Shown here: positions 29,491 through 42,289 of the stretch, piece after piece
How positions within the stretch are numbered: the stretch's first letter is position 1
How the letters are laid out: each line of letters starts with the position of its first letter
From: the human T2T-CHM13v2.0 reference genome, Homo sapiens
Length of the DNA stretch: 64,000 bases
Reading direction: 5' to 3' (one strand)
Assembly (NCBI RefSeq): GCF_009914755.1
Contig: NC_060948.1
The notes under the pieces: generated by a model
Told to the model about the DNA's origin: nothing
Databases searched by the model: none
The model's input: only the letters and a program-made list of their open reading frames with translations
Translations under genes and position numbers: made by a program

Positions 29491-30878
29491 ACACAGCCCT
29501 CTAAACACGAATACTATCTTAACTTTCCAAGCCCCTTTATGCATCCAACACAACCTGTTATCAGGCCTGCCTCTGGGGCACCTACTACTGCATCAGTGTA
29601 ATTACACCCTGCAGCTTCAAGCCCCAACTGATCATGGTAGCTTTTGAGTCACCCAAACAGCCCCATTCAGATGGCTTGTCCACTTCTCAAGGACTCAAGG
29701 CCCCCCAAAATCATCACCTCCTCCCTGTTTAACAAACAGTCCAGGTTTTGTAATGGCAAACATACTCCCTACATGACCATTCACCCCTGGATGCCCTGCA
29801 GCAGCACCCCCACCACTAGTGAATGCCTTCTCATCCCCTCTTTCAATCACTCTCTCAAGTTGTTCCTAGTGGATACAAAACATTTTTTTCTCCAATGGGA
29901 AAATAGAACACAGGGAGCCACTCAGTCTGCTCCCAACACCCCTTTCCAGCTGCTCACTGGAGCTACCTTGGCAAGTACTCTAGGAGTATGGGAAAATGAA
30001 AACAACAAACTCACACACCTTTTTAACATACATAACCACTTCTGTCTACCTAGCCAAGGTATGTTCTTCTTATGTGGAATGTCAACCTATATCTGCCTCC
30101 CCACTAACTGGAAAGGCACCTGCACCTTAGTCTTTCTAAGTCCCAACATTAACATTGCCCCAGGAAATCAGACCCTATCAGTACCCCTCAAAGCTCAAGT
30201 CCGTCAGTGCTGAGCCATACAACTAATACCCCTACTTATAGGGTTAGGAAGGGCTACAGCTACAGGAACTGGAATAGCTGGTTTATCTACTTCATTATCC
30301 TACTACCACACACTCTCAAAGGATTTCTCAGACAGTTTGCAAAAATAAAGAAATCTATTCTTACTTTACAGTCCCAAATAGACTCTTTGGCAGCAGTGAC
30401 TCTCCAAAACCGCTGAGGCCTAGACCTTCTTGCTGCTGAAAAAGGAGGACTCTGTACCTTCTTAGGGGAAAAGTGTTGTTTTTACACTAACCAGTCAGGG
30501 ATAGTATGAGATGCTGCCTGGCATTTACAGGAAAAGGCTTATGAAATCAGACAACACCTTTCAAATTTTTATGCCAATGTCTGGAGTTGGGCAACATGGC
30601 TTCTCCCGTTTCTAGGTCCCGTGGCAGCCATCTTACTGTTACTCACCCTTGGGCCCTGTATTTTTAACCTTCTTGTCAAATTTGCTTCCTCTAGAATTGA
30701 GGCCATCAAGCTACAGATGGTCTTACAAATGGAACCCCAAATGAGTTCAACTAACAACTTCTACCGAGGACTCCTGGACTGACCCACTGGCACCTCCACT
30801 GGCCTAGAGAGCTCCCCTCTGGAGGACACTACAACTGCAGGGCCCCTGCATCACCCCTATCCAGCAGGAAGTAGCTAG
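29491..30878 (+). pseudogene. env: HERV9 env remnant (SU C-terminal part and TM), with stops and frameshifts
   Basis: FFLCGMSTYICLPTNWKGTC; destroyed furin site RQC*; fusion peptide; ISD LQNR*GLDLL; CTFLGEKCC; TM and tail ending PAGSS*. Confidence 0.92.
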
Positions 30879-30935
30879 AGCAGTCATTGGCCAAATTCCC
30901 AACAGCAGTTTTGGTGTCCTGTTTAGATGGGGGAT

Positions 30936-32470
30936 TGAGAGATGAAAGCATGCTAGCAGCCCTCGCAGCCCTTGCTTGCTTTTGGTGCCTCTTCAGCCTT
31001 TGTGCCCACCCTGGCTGCTCTTGAGGAGCCCTTCAGCCCACTGCTGCACTGTGGGAGCTCCTTTCTGGGCTGGCTAAGGCTGGAGCCAGATCCCTCAGCT
31101 TGGGGGGAGGTGTGGAGGGAGAGGCACAGCCAGGAACCAGGGCTGTGTGCGGTGCTTGCAGGCCAGCATGAGTTCCAGGTGGATGTGGGCTCAGCGGGCC
31201 CCACACTCAGAGTGGCCGACTGGCCCACAAGCCCCGGGCAGTGAGGGGCTTAGCACCTGGGCCAGCAGCTGCTGTGCTCGATTTCTCGCCAGGCCTTAGC
31301 TGCCTCTTTGCAGGAGCAGGGCTCAGGACCTGCAGCTCACCATGCCTGAGCCTCCCCCTTCCCCACCGTGGGCTCCTGCACAGCCCAAGCCTCCCTGACA
31401 AACACCGCTCCCTGCTCCATGGCGCCCAGTCCCATCGGCCACCCAAGGGCTGAGGAGTGAGGGTGCACAGCGTGGGACTGCCAGGCAGCTCCACCTGCAG
31501 CCCCAGTGCGGGATCCACTGGGTGAAGCCAGCTGGGCTCCTGAGTCTGGTGGGGACTTGGAGAACCTTTATGTCTAGCTAAGGGATTGTAAATACACCAA
31601 TCAGCATGCTGTGTCCAGCTCAAGGTTTGTAAACACACCAATCAGCACCCTGTGTCTAGCTCAGGGTTTATGAATGCACCAATCAGCACTCTGTATCTAG
31701 TTAGTCTGGTGGGGACTTGGAGAATCTTTATGTCTAGCTAAAGGATTGTGAATGCACCAATCAGCACTCTGTATCTAGCTCAAGGTTTGTAAATGCACCA
31801 ATCAGCACTCTTTGTCTAGCTCAGGGTTTGTAAATACACCAATCAACACTCTGTATCTAGCAAATCTAGAGGGGACATGGAAAACTTCAGTGTCTAGTTC
31901 AGGGATTGTAAACACACCAATCAGCAACCTGTCAAAATGGACCAATCACCTCTCTGTAAAACAGACCAATCGGCTCTCTGTAAAATGGACCAATCAGCAT
32001 GATGTGGGTGGGGCCAGATAAGAGAATAAAAGCAGGCTGCCTGAGCCAGCAGTGGCAACCTGCTCTTGTCCCTTTCCACACTGTGGAAGCTTTGTTCTTT
32101 CACTGTTTGCAATCAATCTTGCTGCTGCTCACTATTTGGGTCTACACTGCCTTTATGAGCTATAACACTCACCGCAAAGGTCTGCAGGTTCATTCCTGAA
32201 GCCAGCGAGACCACAAATCCACTGGGAGGAATGAACAACTCCAGACATGCTGCCTTAAGAGCTGTAACACTCACCACGAAGATCTGCAGCTTCACTCCTG
32301 AGCCAGCAAGTCCACGAACTCAACAGAAGGAAGAAACTCTGAACACATCCTAACATCAGAAGGAAAAAACTCCAGACATGCCACCTTTAAGGACTGTAAC
32401 ACTCGCCGCAAGGGTCCACAGCTTCATTCTTGAAGTCAGTGAGACCAAGAACCCACCAATTCCGGACACA
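30936..32470 (+). promoter_or_regulatory. 3' LTR12 with CCAAT repeat array (~31540-32000), preceded by polypurine tract
   Basis: AGATGGGGGAT|TGAGAG...TCCGGACACA; homologous to the 5' LTR. Confidence 0.92.
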
Positions 32471-32935
32471 ACTGGACATATCACTATCTTCTTTTTTTTA
32501 TAGTTTTGGTATATATGTGTGTATATCTAAACAATATCTTGTTTAGTTATACATAGATTCTGTAGTCTAGATTAATATTGTTCTAACACATTGCTCTCTA
32601 ACTTCTTTCATTCAATACCTATGTGTAATCCATCCATATTAATATCAACAGTGGTTCCTTAATTTGCACTAACTGTACATATATATGTATATATACAGTG
32701 TATATATACACACATATGTGTAATTATGTAATTCATGATATAAAATTAAAAATTATACATACAGTTAGTGCAATTAATTTATTTTGTGAAACTAACTATA
32801 TATTCACATATATATACACACATGCTAATATATATTTACATGATATATTGTCTTATAATAAAACATTTATACATACTCTTTTTCAAATGGTTACTTGGGT
32901 AGCTTTCAGCTTTTTTACTTTTTTTCAATAGTGTG

Positions 32936-35619
32936 TGATATAGTTTGGCTGTGTCCCCAGTAAAATCTCAACTTGAATCGTATCTCCCAGAATTCCCATG
33001 TGTTATGGGATGGAAGTAGGAGGAGGTAATTGAATCATGGGGGCTAGTCTTCCCTGTGCTATTCTCATGATAGTGAATAAGTTTCCTGAGATCTAATGGG
33101 TTTATCAGGGGTTTACACTTTAGCTTCTTCCATATTTTTTCTTGCTACCTCCATGTAAAAAGTGCCTTTCACCTCCTGCCATAATTCTGAGACCTCCCCA
33201 GCCATGTGGAAGTGTAAATCCAATTAAACCTCCTTTTCTTCCCAGTCATGGGTATGTCTTTATCAGCAGCGTAAAAATGGACTAATACAATACATTGGTA
33301 CCTTGAGTAGGGTGTTGCTGAAATGATAACTGAAAATGTGAAAAGAACTTTGGTACTGTGTAACAGGCAGAGGTTGGAACAATTTGGAGAGCTCAGAAGA
33401 AGATAGAAAAATGTGAGAAAGTTTGGAACCTCCTAAAGGCTTGTTGAATGGCTTTGACCAAAATGATGAAAGTGATATGGACAATGGACAATGAGGTCCA
33501 GGCTGAGGTGGTCTCAGATGGAGAGGAGGAACTTGAAGCAGCTGGAGCAAAGGTGACTTTGTTATGTATTAGCAAAGAGACTGGCAGAATTTTGCCCCTG
33601 CCCTAGAAACTGGTAGCATTTTGCCACATATCCTAGAGATGTGTGGAACTTTGAACTTAAGAAAGATGATTTAGGCTGGGCACAGTGGCTCACACCTGTA
33701 ATTCCAGCACGTTGGTAGGCCGAGGCAGGTGGATCACAAGGTCAGGAGATTGAGACCATCCTGGCTAACACAGTGAAAACTCGTCTCTACTAAAAACACA
33801 AAAAATTAGCTGGGTGTGGTGGCAGGAGCCTGTAGTCCCAGCTACTTGGGAGGCTGAGTGAGGCAGGAGAATGGTGTGAACCTGGGAAGCGGAGCTTGCA
33901 GTGAGCTGAGATCACACCACTGCACTCCAGGCTGGGTGACACAGTGAGATTCTGTCTAAAAAAAAAAATAAAAAATAAAAAAATGATTTAGGGTATCTGG
34001 AGTAAAAAATTTCTGAGCAGCAAAGCATTCGAGAGGTGACTTGGGTGCAGTTAAAGGCATTCAGTTTTGAAAGGGAAACAGCATAAAAGTTCAGAAAATT
34101 TACAGCCTGATAATGCAGTAGAAAAGAAAAACCCATTTTTTTGAGGGGAAATTCAATCTAGCTGCAGAAATTTTCATAACTACCAAGGATACTAATGTTA
34201 ATTCCAAAGACCATGGGGAAATTGTTGCCAGGTCATGTCAGACACCTTCACAACAGCCCCTTCCATCACAAGCCAAGAGGCCCATGAGGAAAAAGTGGCT
34301 GTGTGGGCCAGGCCTAGGGTCCCCATACTGCATGCAGTCTAGGGAATTGGTGCCCTGTATCCCAGCCACTCCAGGTGTGGCTGAAAGAGACCAACATAGC
34401 ACTCAAGCTGTGGCTTCAGAGGGTGAAAGCCCCAAGCCTTGACAGTTTCCATGTGGTGTTGAGCCTGTGAGTGTACAGAAGTCAAGAATTAAGGTTTGAG
34501 AACCTCCACCTACATTTCTGAAGATGTATGGAAATGCTTGGATGCCCAGGCAAAGGTTTGCTGCAGGGGCAGGACCCTCATGGAGAACCTCTGATAAGTC
34601 AGAATGGAAGGAAAATGTGGGGTTAGAGCCCCCACACAGAGTCCCTACTGGGGCGCTGCTAGTGGACCTGTGAGAAGAGGGCCACCGTCTTCCAGACTCC
34701 AGAATTGTAGATCCACTGACAGCTTGCACTGTGCACCTGGAAAAGCCTCAAACACTCAATACCAGTCCATGAAAGCTGCCAGGATGGAGGCTATGCACTG
34801 TAAAGCCACAGGGGTGGTGCTGCCTAAGACCATGTGAACCCACTTCATGCATCAGCATTACCTGGATATGAAATCTGGAGTCAAAGGGGATCATTTTGGA
34901 GTTTTAAAATTTGTCTGCCCCACTGGATTTCAGACTTGCATGGGCCCTTGTGACCTCTTTGTTATGGCCAGTTTCTCCCATTTGGAACAGTTGTATTTAC
35001 CTAATACCCATACTCCCATTTTATCTAGGAAGTAACTAACTTGCTTTTGGTTTTACAGGCTCATAGGCAGAAGGCACTTGCCTTAGCTCAGATGAGACTT
35101 TGGACTGTGGACTTTTGGTTTAATGCTGAAATGAGTTAAAACTTTAGGGGACTGTTGGGAAGGCATGATTGGTATTGAAATGTGACAACATGAGATTTTG
35201 AGGGGCCATGGGCAGAATGATATAGTTTGGCTGTGTCTCCACTTAAATCTTAACTTGAATTGTATCTCCCAGAATTCCCACGTGTTGTGGGAGGGCCCCA
35301 GGGGGAGGTAACAGAATCATGGGGGCTGGTCTTCCCTGTGCTAGTCTCATAATAGTGAATAAGAGACTGGCAGCATTTGCCCCTGCCCTAGAGACTGGTA
35401 GCATTTTTGTGGAACTTTAATCTGATGGGTTTATCAGGGGTTTCCACCTTTGCTTCTTCCTCATTTTCTCTTGCTGCCACCATGTAAAAAGTGCATTTCA
35501 CCTCCTGCAGTAATTCTGAGACCTCCCCAGCCATGTGGAACTGTAACTCCAATTAAACCTCCTTTTCTTTCCAGTCTTGGGTATGTCTTTATTAGCAGAT
35601 TTGAAAGCAGACTAATACA
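32936..35619 (+). mobile_element. Full-length THE1A MaLR provirus: 5'LTR 32936-33289, internal 33290-35217, 3'LTR 35218-35619
   Basis: Two TGATATAGTTTGG...ACTAATACA LTRs, THE1-int sequence, TSD GTGTG/ATGTG. Confidence 0.93.
33674..33982 (+). mobile_element. AluY inserted in THE1A internal region
   Basis: CTGGCTAACACAGTG and GGAGCTTGCAG diagnostics; TSD ...ATGATTTA on both sides. Confidence 0.9.
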
Positions 35620-35693
35620 ATGTGCTATTATAAAGAATGGGTCTGTAAAATTCTTGTACATGTCCCCTTTAGGCATGTATTTAAGAGTTTCTC

Positions 35694-35990
35694 GGCTGGG
35701 TGCAGTGGCTCATGCCTGTAATCCCAGCACTTTGGGAGGCTGAGACGGATGGATCACCAGGTCAGGAGATTGAGACCATCCTGGCTAATGCAGTGAAACC
35801 CCGTCTCTATTAAAAAAATTAAAAAATTAGTCAGGCATGGTGGTGGGCACCTGTAGTAGCAGCTACTCAGGAGACTGAGGCAAGAGAATGGCTTGAACCA
35901 GGGAGGCAGAGTTTGCAGTGATCCAAGATCTCACCACTGTACTCCAGCCTGGGTGAGAGAGCGAGACTCCGTCTCCAAAAAAAAAAAAAA
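35694..35990 (+). mobile_element. AluY/Sc-like
   Basis: Full dimer with poly(A); TSD AAGAGTTTCTC/AAGAATTTCTC. Confidence 0.92.
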
Positions 35991-36717
35991 AGAATTTCTC
36001 TAAGAGGTTTTAAATGGGTGGTTAGGAAGGAAATTGCTTGATCACAGAGCATAAGCAATGTGAATTCTTGGATTACACTACATTTGTTTCTAAGGTGGTT
36101 GTACCAACTTATGTTTCCACCAGAAGCATTTGAAAATTTTCATTCCTCTACATCTTGAATAGCACCAGGTATTATTATATTCTAATATTTTCTAATCTTA
36201 TAGATGTGAAATAAGCTTTTGCCTTGTGTTTTTCATCAGCATTTCCCTGATGAATAGTAATATTGAACATCTTATTGGTCCATTCCTGACCATTCCTGTA
36301 TTCTCCCTCCTGGCAAGAATGTTTTTATTTTTACTCTTCTGTCTCTCAGCCCTGTGGTCTCTGTCATTTGTTAAGTCTATGTGTGGGTCAGTCCTTGAGG
36401 ACTCCGTTGGGTTAATTAGGACATGTGTCTACTCTTCTCCCAATCGCACTGAGCCTTGACTACTGTAGTTTGAGCTAGTCCATAACCACACTGATATGGG
36501 AGTATTTTGGTTAATCTTAGGTCTTTATACTTACATATACGTTTTAAAATATCTCATCAAGTTCTATGAAAAAAAAAACATTTTTAGCCCCCATTAATCC
36601 TCCTCTACTTCAGATATTCCTTTCAAGATTATTTTCCTGTTCTCCTAAATACCTTCTTTAGGGATTTTTTGGGGGGAGGTGGACTTCTTTTTATGACAAA
36701 TTTTCAACATTCTGTGA

Positions 36718-37133
<416 letters not shown>

Positions 37134-37189
37134 TCATCTCCCAGTCTCCATGTGACACCTTGGTGGATAATCGATGTGTGGGTGTGTGT

Positions 37190-37860
<671 letters not shown>

Positions 37861-38039
37861 CTTTGACAATACAATGTTGGTGGGAATGTAGATATTAAGT
37901 TGTTGTGAAGATGAGTACATTTCCACAAGCTACATAGACATGAAATAGGCAGACACATAATAAGATTCAACAGATGGCAATTACTGTTGGATAAATGGTC
38001 AGCACCCAGTGGATTAGTGATAAAAGAAAAATGCACAAC

Positions 38040-38253
38040 CATGTGTCAGCGAACTACAACCCGTGTGCCAAATCTGGCCTACTGCTTGTTTATGTAAATA
38101 AAGGAAACAGCCACATTCATTTATCTGTGTACCATTGGGAACTGCTTTTTCACTACAAAAGCAGAGTTGGATAGTTGCTGCAGAAATCATATGGCCCACT
38201 CAGCCAAAAATATTTACTTTCTGTATCTTTTCAGAAATGTCAGGTGAGCTCTG
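38040..38253. mobile_element. MER58A DNA transposon
   Basis: AACTACAACCCGTGTGCCAAATCTGGCC...ATATGGCCCACTCAGCCAAAAATATTTACT. Confidence 0.8.
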
Positions 38254-39087
38254 TTCTACAGCCATATCCTAGACTAATATGGAAAGACAAAGGGGATATC
38301 TGTGATTTAGTTGCCACATGAATGTGTGGACTTCCTTAACGTTGAAGGGAGGTGAAATGTGGTGGAAAGATCAGATGCAGAACTAAGAGGCTAGGACATC
38401 AGAGTTTCACAACGCCCAGGTCTCATGTTTGGTCAAACTTGATAAGTTCCTTATACAAAACGAAGATCAGTACAGAGTATCTTTATATAATTGCCCTGAA
38501 ATATGATATATGGATTTATAATAGGAGAGAAAAAATTCCATCTTTAGTTATGTGCTCCTTCCCGTAGAAGTAAAAATCAAGAAATTGCCATCAACCTTAT
38601 CCTTCCAGATGGCACGCTTCTTCGTAATGGTTCTCTTAACAAACACAATTCCATAGTTTTCATACTCTAAAAGACAGGAGCTCTTTAAGAGAGCCACCAG
38701 CAGGCTATAACAGTAAAGAGAACAAAAACAGATTTCTTGAAAGAACTGTAAGTAAAATATGGCACAACTTAAATGGTGTGGAAGCAAAAGCAATAACCAG
38801 AAACAAGAAAATTCATGGTAAGGGACCTGCCTTTGGGCACATCTCTCCCACAGGTGGCTGGATGCCTACTAGGTCAGAGGCATCCTCCCTGTGCTCACAT
38901 CTTGTGGCCAAGGAAAGAATGGCAAGTAGTGCCAAACCTAATGGTGGATAAGATACAGACATATGTAGAAAAAAACTGGCAGAAGGGGCTAAGTTCTTCC
39001 CTGCTTTGTGGACTCAAATCTGTCTACAAGAGGAAGCCCAACGATTAGCCAATTTGTATGAACTATGCAAGCCAATTTAGATGTGAT

Positions 39088-39500
39088 GTTTTCTTTCTCT
39101 CTTTCTTCTCTTCCTTCCTTTTCCCACACTGTCCTACTTTCTCTTTGTTTCTTTAACCCTTCCTTCCTCCCTCCCTCTCTTCCTTCCTTCCTTTCTTCCT
39201 TCCTTCTTTCTTTCTTTCCTTCTTTCCTTTATTTCTACCTTCCTTCCTTACTTCCTTCATACTCTTTTTCTTTCTTTCCTCCTTCCTTTAATTCTTCTTT
39301 TCTTCCTTTTTTCTTTCTTTTCTTCTTTACTTCTTTCCAAACCTCCTTCCTTCCATCTTCTTTCCTTTCCTTCCTTCATCTTTCCTTCCTTTATTCCTTA
39401 CTTCTGTTTTCTTTTTTTTTTCCCCCTTCCTTTTTTCTTCTTTCTTACCTTCCTTTTTTTGTTCTCTGTTTCCTTCTTTACCATCAAACTCCATCTCTCT
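39088..39500. repeat. Pyrimidine-rich (TTCC/TTTC)n low-complexity tract
   Basis: Direct reading. Confidence 0.92.
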
Positions 39501-39519
39501 TTTTTAGTGAAACATCATT

Positions 39520-39919
39520 GCAATTTTCTTTTGGAGAAGCACACCTCCTATATTGTGTGTAGTACTAGTGAGGATGTGACTACAAATGCCCTTTCCACCT
39601 CATGTCAAGGAAAGAGAGATGAATGACCAACACTAGGTTAGTTGGACATTAAATTAGAGCTCTGACTCCTGTTTTGGCTAAGGGCAGGTGGCTGGTTCTC
39701 GCTCACTCCAGCAGCAGTATGGACGTAGCAGGGAAATTACTTTTTCCCACTGCATGGAGTCCCTGGAGCCTCTGGGTGCCTTTTCAGTTCAGTCTTGAAT
39801 TTTTAGTTCTTCCTTGAATTTCATACATTATGCCCATTTCCTTTGAATCATTTCTTTTTTCTCTTAGGTCAGTTCTGAATAGTTTTATTGCACACAACCA
39901 GTGATCCCTAACTGATACA
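39520..39919 (+). mobile_element. Old MLT1-like LTR
   Basis: Ends TTGCACACAACC...CCTAACTGATACA, a typical MLT1 3' end. Confidence 0.45.
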
Positions 39920-40002
39920 CTTAGGCACCAAAGTGCACTGCTTTGCTCTTGATCCAGCAATTCTGTGGTCTCTAAAATCAGACTTTATAGGTAGATGGTG
40001 GC

Positions 40003-40379
40003 TGTTACACTCTGAATTGTGCCCTCTACAATTCATATGTTGAAGCCCTAAATGCCAGTATATCAGAATGTGGCTGTGTTTGGAGTTAGGCTCTTTAAAG
40101 TGATGACAAAGTGAGGTCTTTAGGCTGGGCCCTGATCTAATAGGACTAGTTTCTTTATAAGAAGAGATTAGGATGGAGATATATCCAGAGGGATGATCAT
40201 GTGAAAACAGAGAGAAGACAGCATCTACAAGCCAAGGAGAGAGGCCTCAGGAGAAATGAACTCTATGAATAGCTTTCCCTTGGACTTTTCACCTCTAGAA
40301 TGATAAGAAAATAAATGTGTATTTGTTAAGCTAGTGAGACAGTGGTACTTTGTTATGGCAGCCCTAGAAAACAAATACA
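40003..40379 (+). mobile_element. MLT1B/MLT1A-like solo LTR
   Basis: TGTTAC...AATTCATATGTTGAAG...GCAGCCCTAGAAAACAAATACA; TSD GTGGC/GTAGC. Confidence 0.85.
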
Positions 40380-40686
40380 GTAGCCATTCTCTTTATCTGG
40401 CACAGAAGCAACTTTATTAATATATTAAGATAGGAATGACCTTGTGATAAATGCTCAAAAGGTGATGTTACTTTACTGCTTTATTAATAGTCCTACCTTT
40501 ACTATTGTTGATGAGCCTATATATTATAGTGCATTGGCATAAGATTGAATATATGGATACCATATTAATGCAGATGCAGAAAGTTTCAAGGCTATTGAGA
40601 ACTCTATCCTAAAATGAAAATAATTCCTAATGAGGCTGATATGTTCACCTTTAAAAACTTGTCCCTTTTCCTTAAAATTTTTGTAA

Positions 40687-40742
40687 TTTTTTTTTTTTTT
40701 TTGAGATGGAGCCTCACTCCATCATCCAGGCTGGAGTGCAGT
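40687..40742 (-). mobile_element. Extremely 5'-truncated Alu (tail plus ~40 bp)
   Basis: Poly(T)GAGATGGAGCCTCACTCC...GGCTGGAGTGCAGT; TSD-like TTTTGTAATTTTT on both sides. Confidence 0.85.
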
Positions 40743-41981
40743 AACAAATCTTGGGAAATTTTGTAATTTTTAAAATGCAAATTCTCTGGGAAATGGTACA
40801 TCTTATCCTGACTACACTAGAAAGCACAACCTGAGGAAAGGACTATGTTTAGATGCTTCATGTGGAAGGTGCATCCCAGAGCAGAAAGGCTGAGAGAAAA
40901 AGGAAGTGACATTGAGGAGGATGAAAGATGATATAATATTTAGTGCACTGGCCTCTGCTACACAACAAATCATATAAGAAGATATATAGCAGATCAACAG
41001 GTGCATTCACTCAGCCAGGTGAGTAGTCTGCAGACAGACAGAACAAAGAATCCATTGGAAGGTTGCACTGTAGTGAGGAAAGGGGAAGGAATTTATTGGT
41101 TCAGTTCCCTTCTGCCTTCTGTCTTCCATTGGTGGCAACTTACCTCATGATACAGAACTCCCTTTGTTATTCAGCCCCTTTGACAACTTGAGAAGCCAGG
41201 AGGATCCAAGGACTCAAGGAGATGAAATCTCATGATCCTATTTCCATGAGCAATTTTTCAGCCTCTGCAGTCATTGAAGTAGAAGAAGTTGATGGTTCAG
41301 GAGACACTGAAGTCACAAGAACCCAAAAAGGCACACAAGATCTGAGAGTTATGCAGCAGTATTTAAACCAGTTATTTATATTTTGGATGTGAATATGATT
41401 GATTAAAATATTTTGCAGTAAAGCATAAGAGTCAGGCTTAGAAACATTGCCCATCACTTTTGAGCATATTCCATTACCCAGAACCTTTGTACACATTACA
41501 CAGCCTCGGTGGCTTGCTGTCTGGTTGGAAAACCAACAGAGTCTGGAGAACCTATAACTGCCTTTCTGCAACATGAAAATCACACTGATAGTTATGCTTC
41601 TTACCTCTGTACAGTGTTGCACATAATTTGAATTGCATAGAAAAGAGTTCACAATTGTGGGGTATATTATAAGATGTCTAATAACACAGGTAATATTATT
41701 TCATATTTATGTGAAATATGTCCAGTTTATACGATCTTATCTAAAAGAGCTTCAATGGCATTAGAAAAGGTTTAAAGGAGACTTCTAAAGATCATCAAAC
41801 GGATACAATACAGGCAGGTAGATAAAAGGAATTGGAGTTGATTAGCCCAGATTAGACAATGACTAGGCAAGAGGGCTTTTTGGCTCAGGATCATTTGAGC
41901 ACCTACATTTTATGTTCCTCTTTTCCTTTAATTTTCATTTCCAATAAAAATAGAATGAATAACTAAAGATTAATTTATTTT

Positions 41982-42289
41982 GGCCGTGCATGGTGGCTCA
42001 TGCCTGTCATCCCAGCACTTTGGGAGGCCAAAGCGGATGGGTCATGAGGTCATGAGTTCGAGAACATCCTGGCTAACATGGTGAAACCCCGTCCCTACTA
42101 AAAATAGAAAAAAATTAGCTAGGTGTGGTGGCGCACGCCTGTAGTCCCAGTCACTCAGGAGACTGAGGCAGGAGAATGGTGTGAACCCAGGAGGCAGAGC
42201 TTGCATTGAGCCCGAGATAGCACCACTGCACACCAGCCTGTGAAACAGAGCAAGACTCCATCTCAAAAATAAATAAATAAATAAATAAA
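41982..42289 (+). mobile_element. AluY/Sc with (AAAT)n tail
   Basis: Full dimer; TSD AATTTATTT. Confidence 0.92.

Larger units (their letters stand above)
25743..32470 (+). mobile_element. HERV9 (ERV9) provirus with LTR12(C-like) LTRs and a large gag-to-env deletion
   Basis: Two ~1.5-kb LTRs TG...CA, perfect 4-bp TSD ACTG (25739-25742, 32471-32474), PBS, PPT, gag and env remnants. Confidence 0.95.
25520..36320 (-). mobile_element. Fragmented ancient L1M(E-like) hosting HERV9, THE1A and AluY (pieces ~25520-25742, 32475-32935, 35620-35693, 36000-36320)
   Basis: Antisense old-L1 3' motifs (GGTGGTTGTACCAACTTATGTTTCCACCAG, TGCTATTATAAAGAATG, ATTTCCCTGATG) on each side of the insertions. Confidence 0.55.

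Noticed and set aside
39065-39562. 165-aa F/S/L/P-rich ORF
   Set aside because: Artefact of a pyrimidine low-complexity tract lacking stop codons
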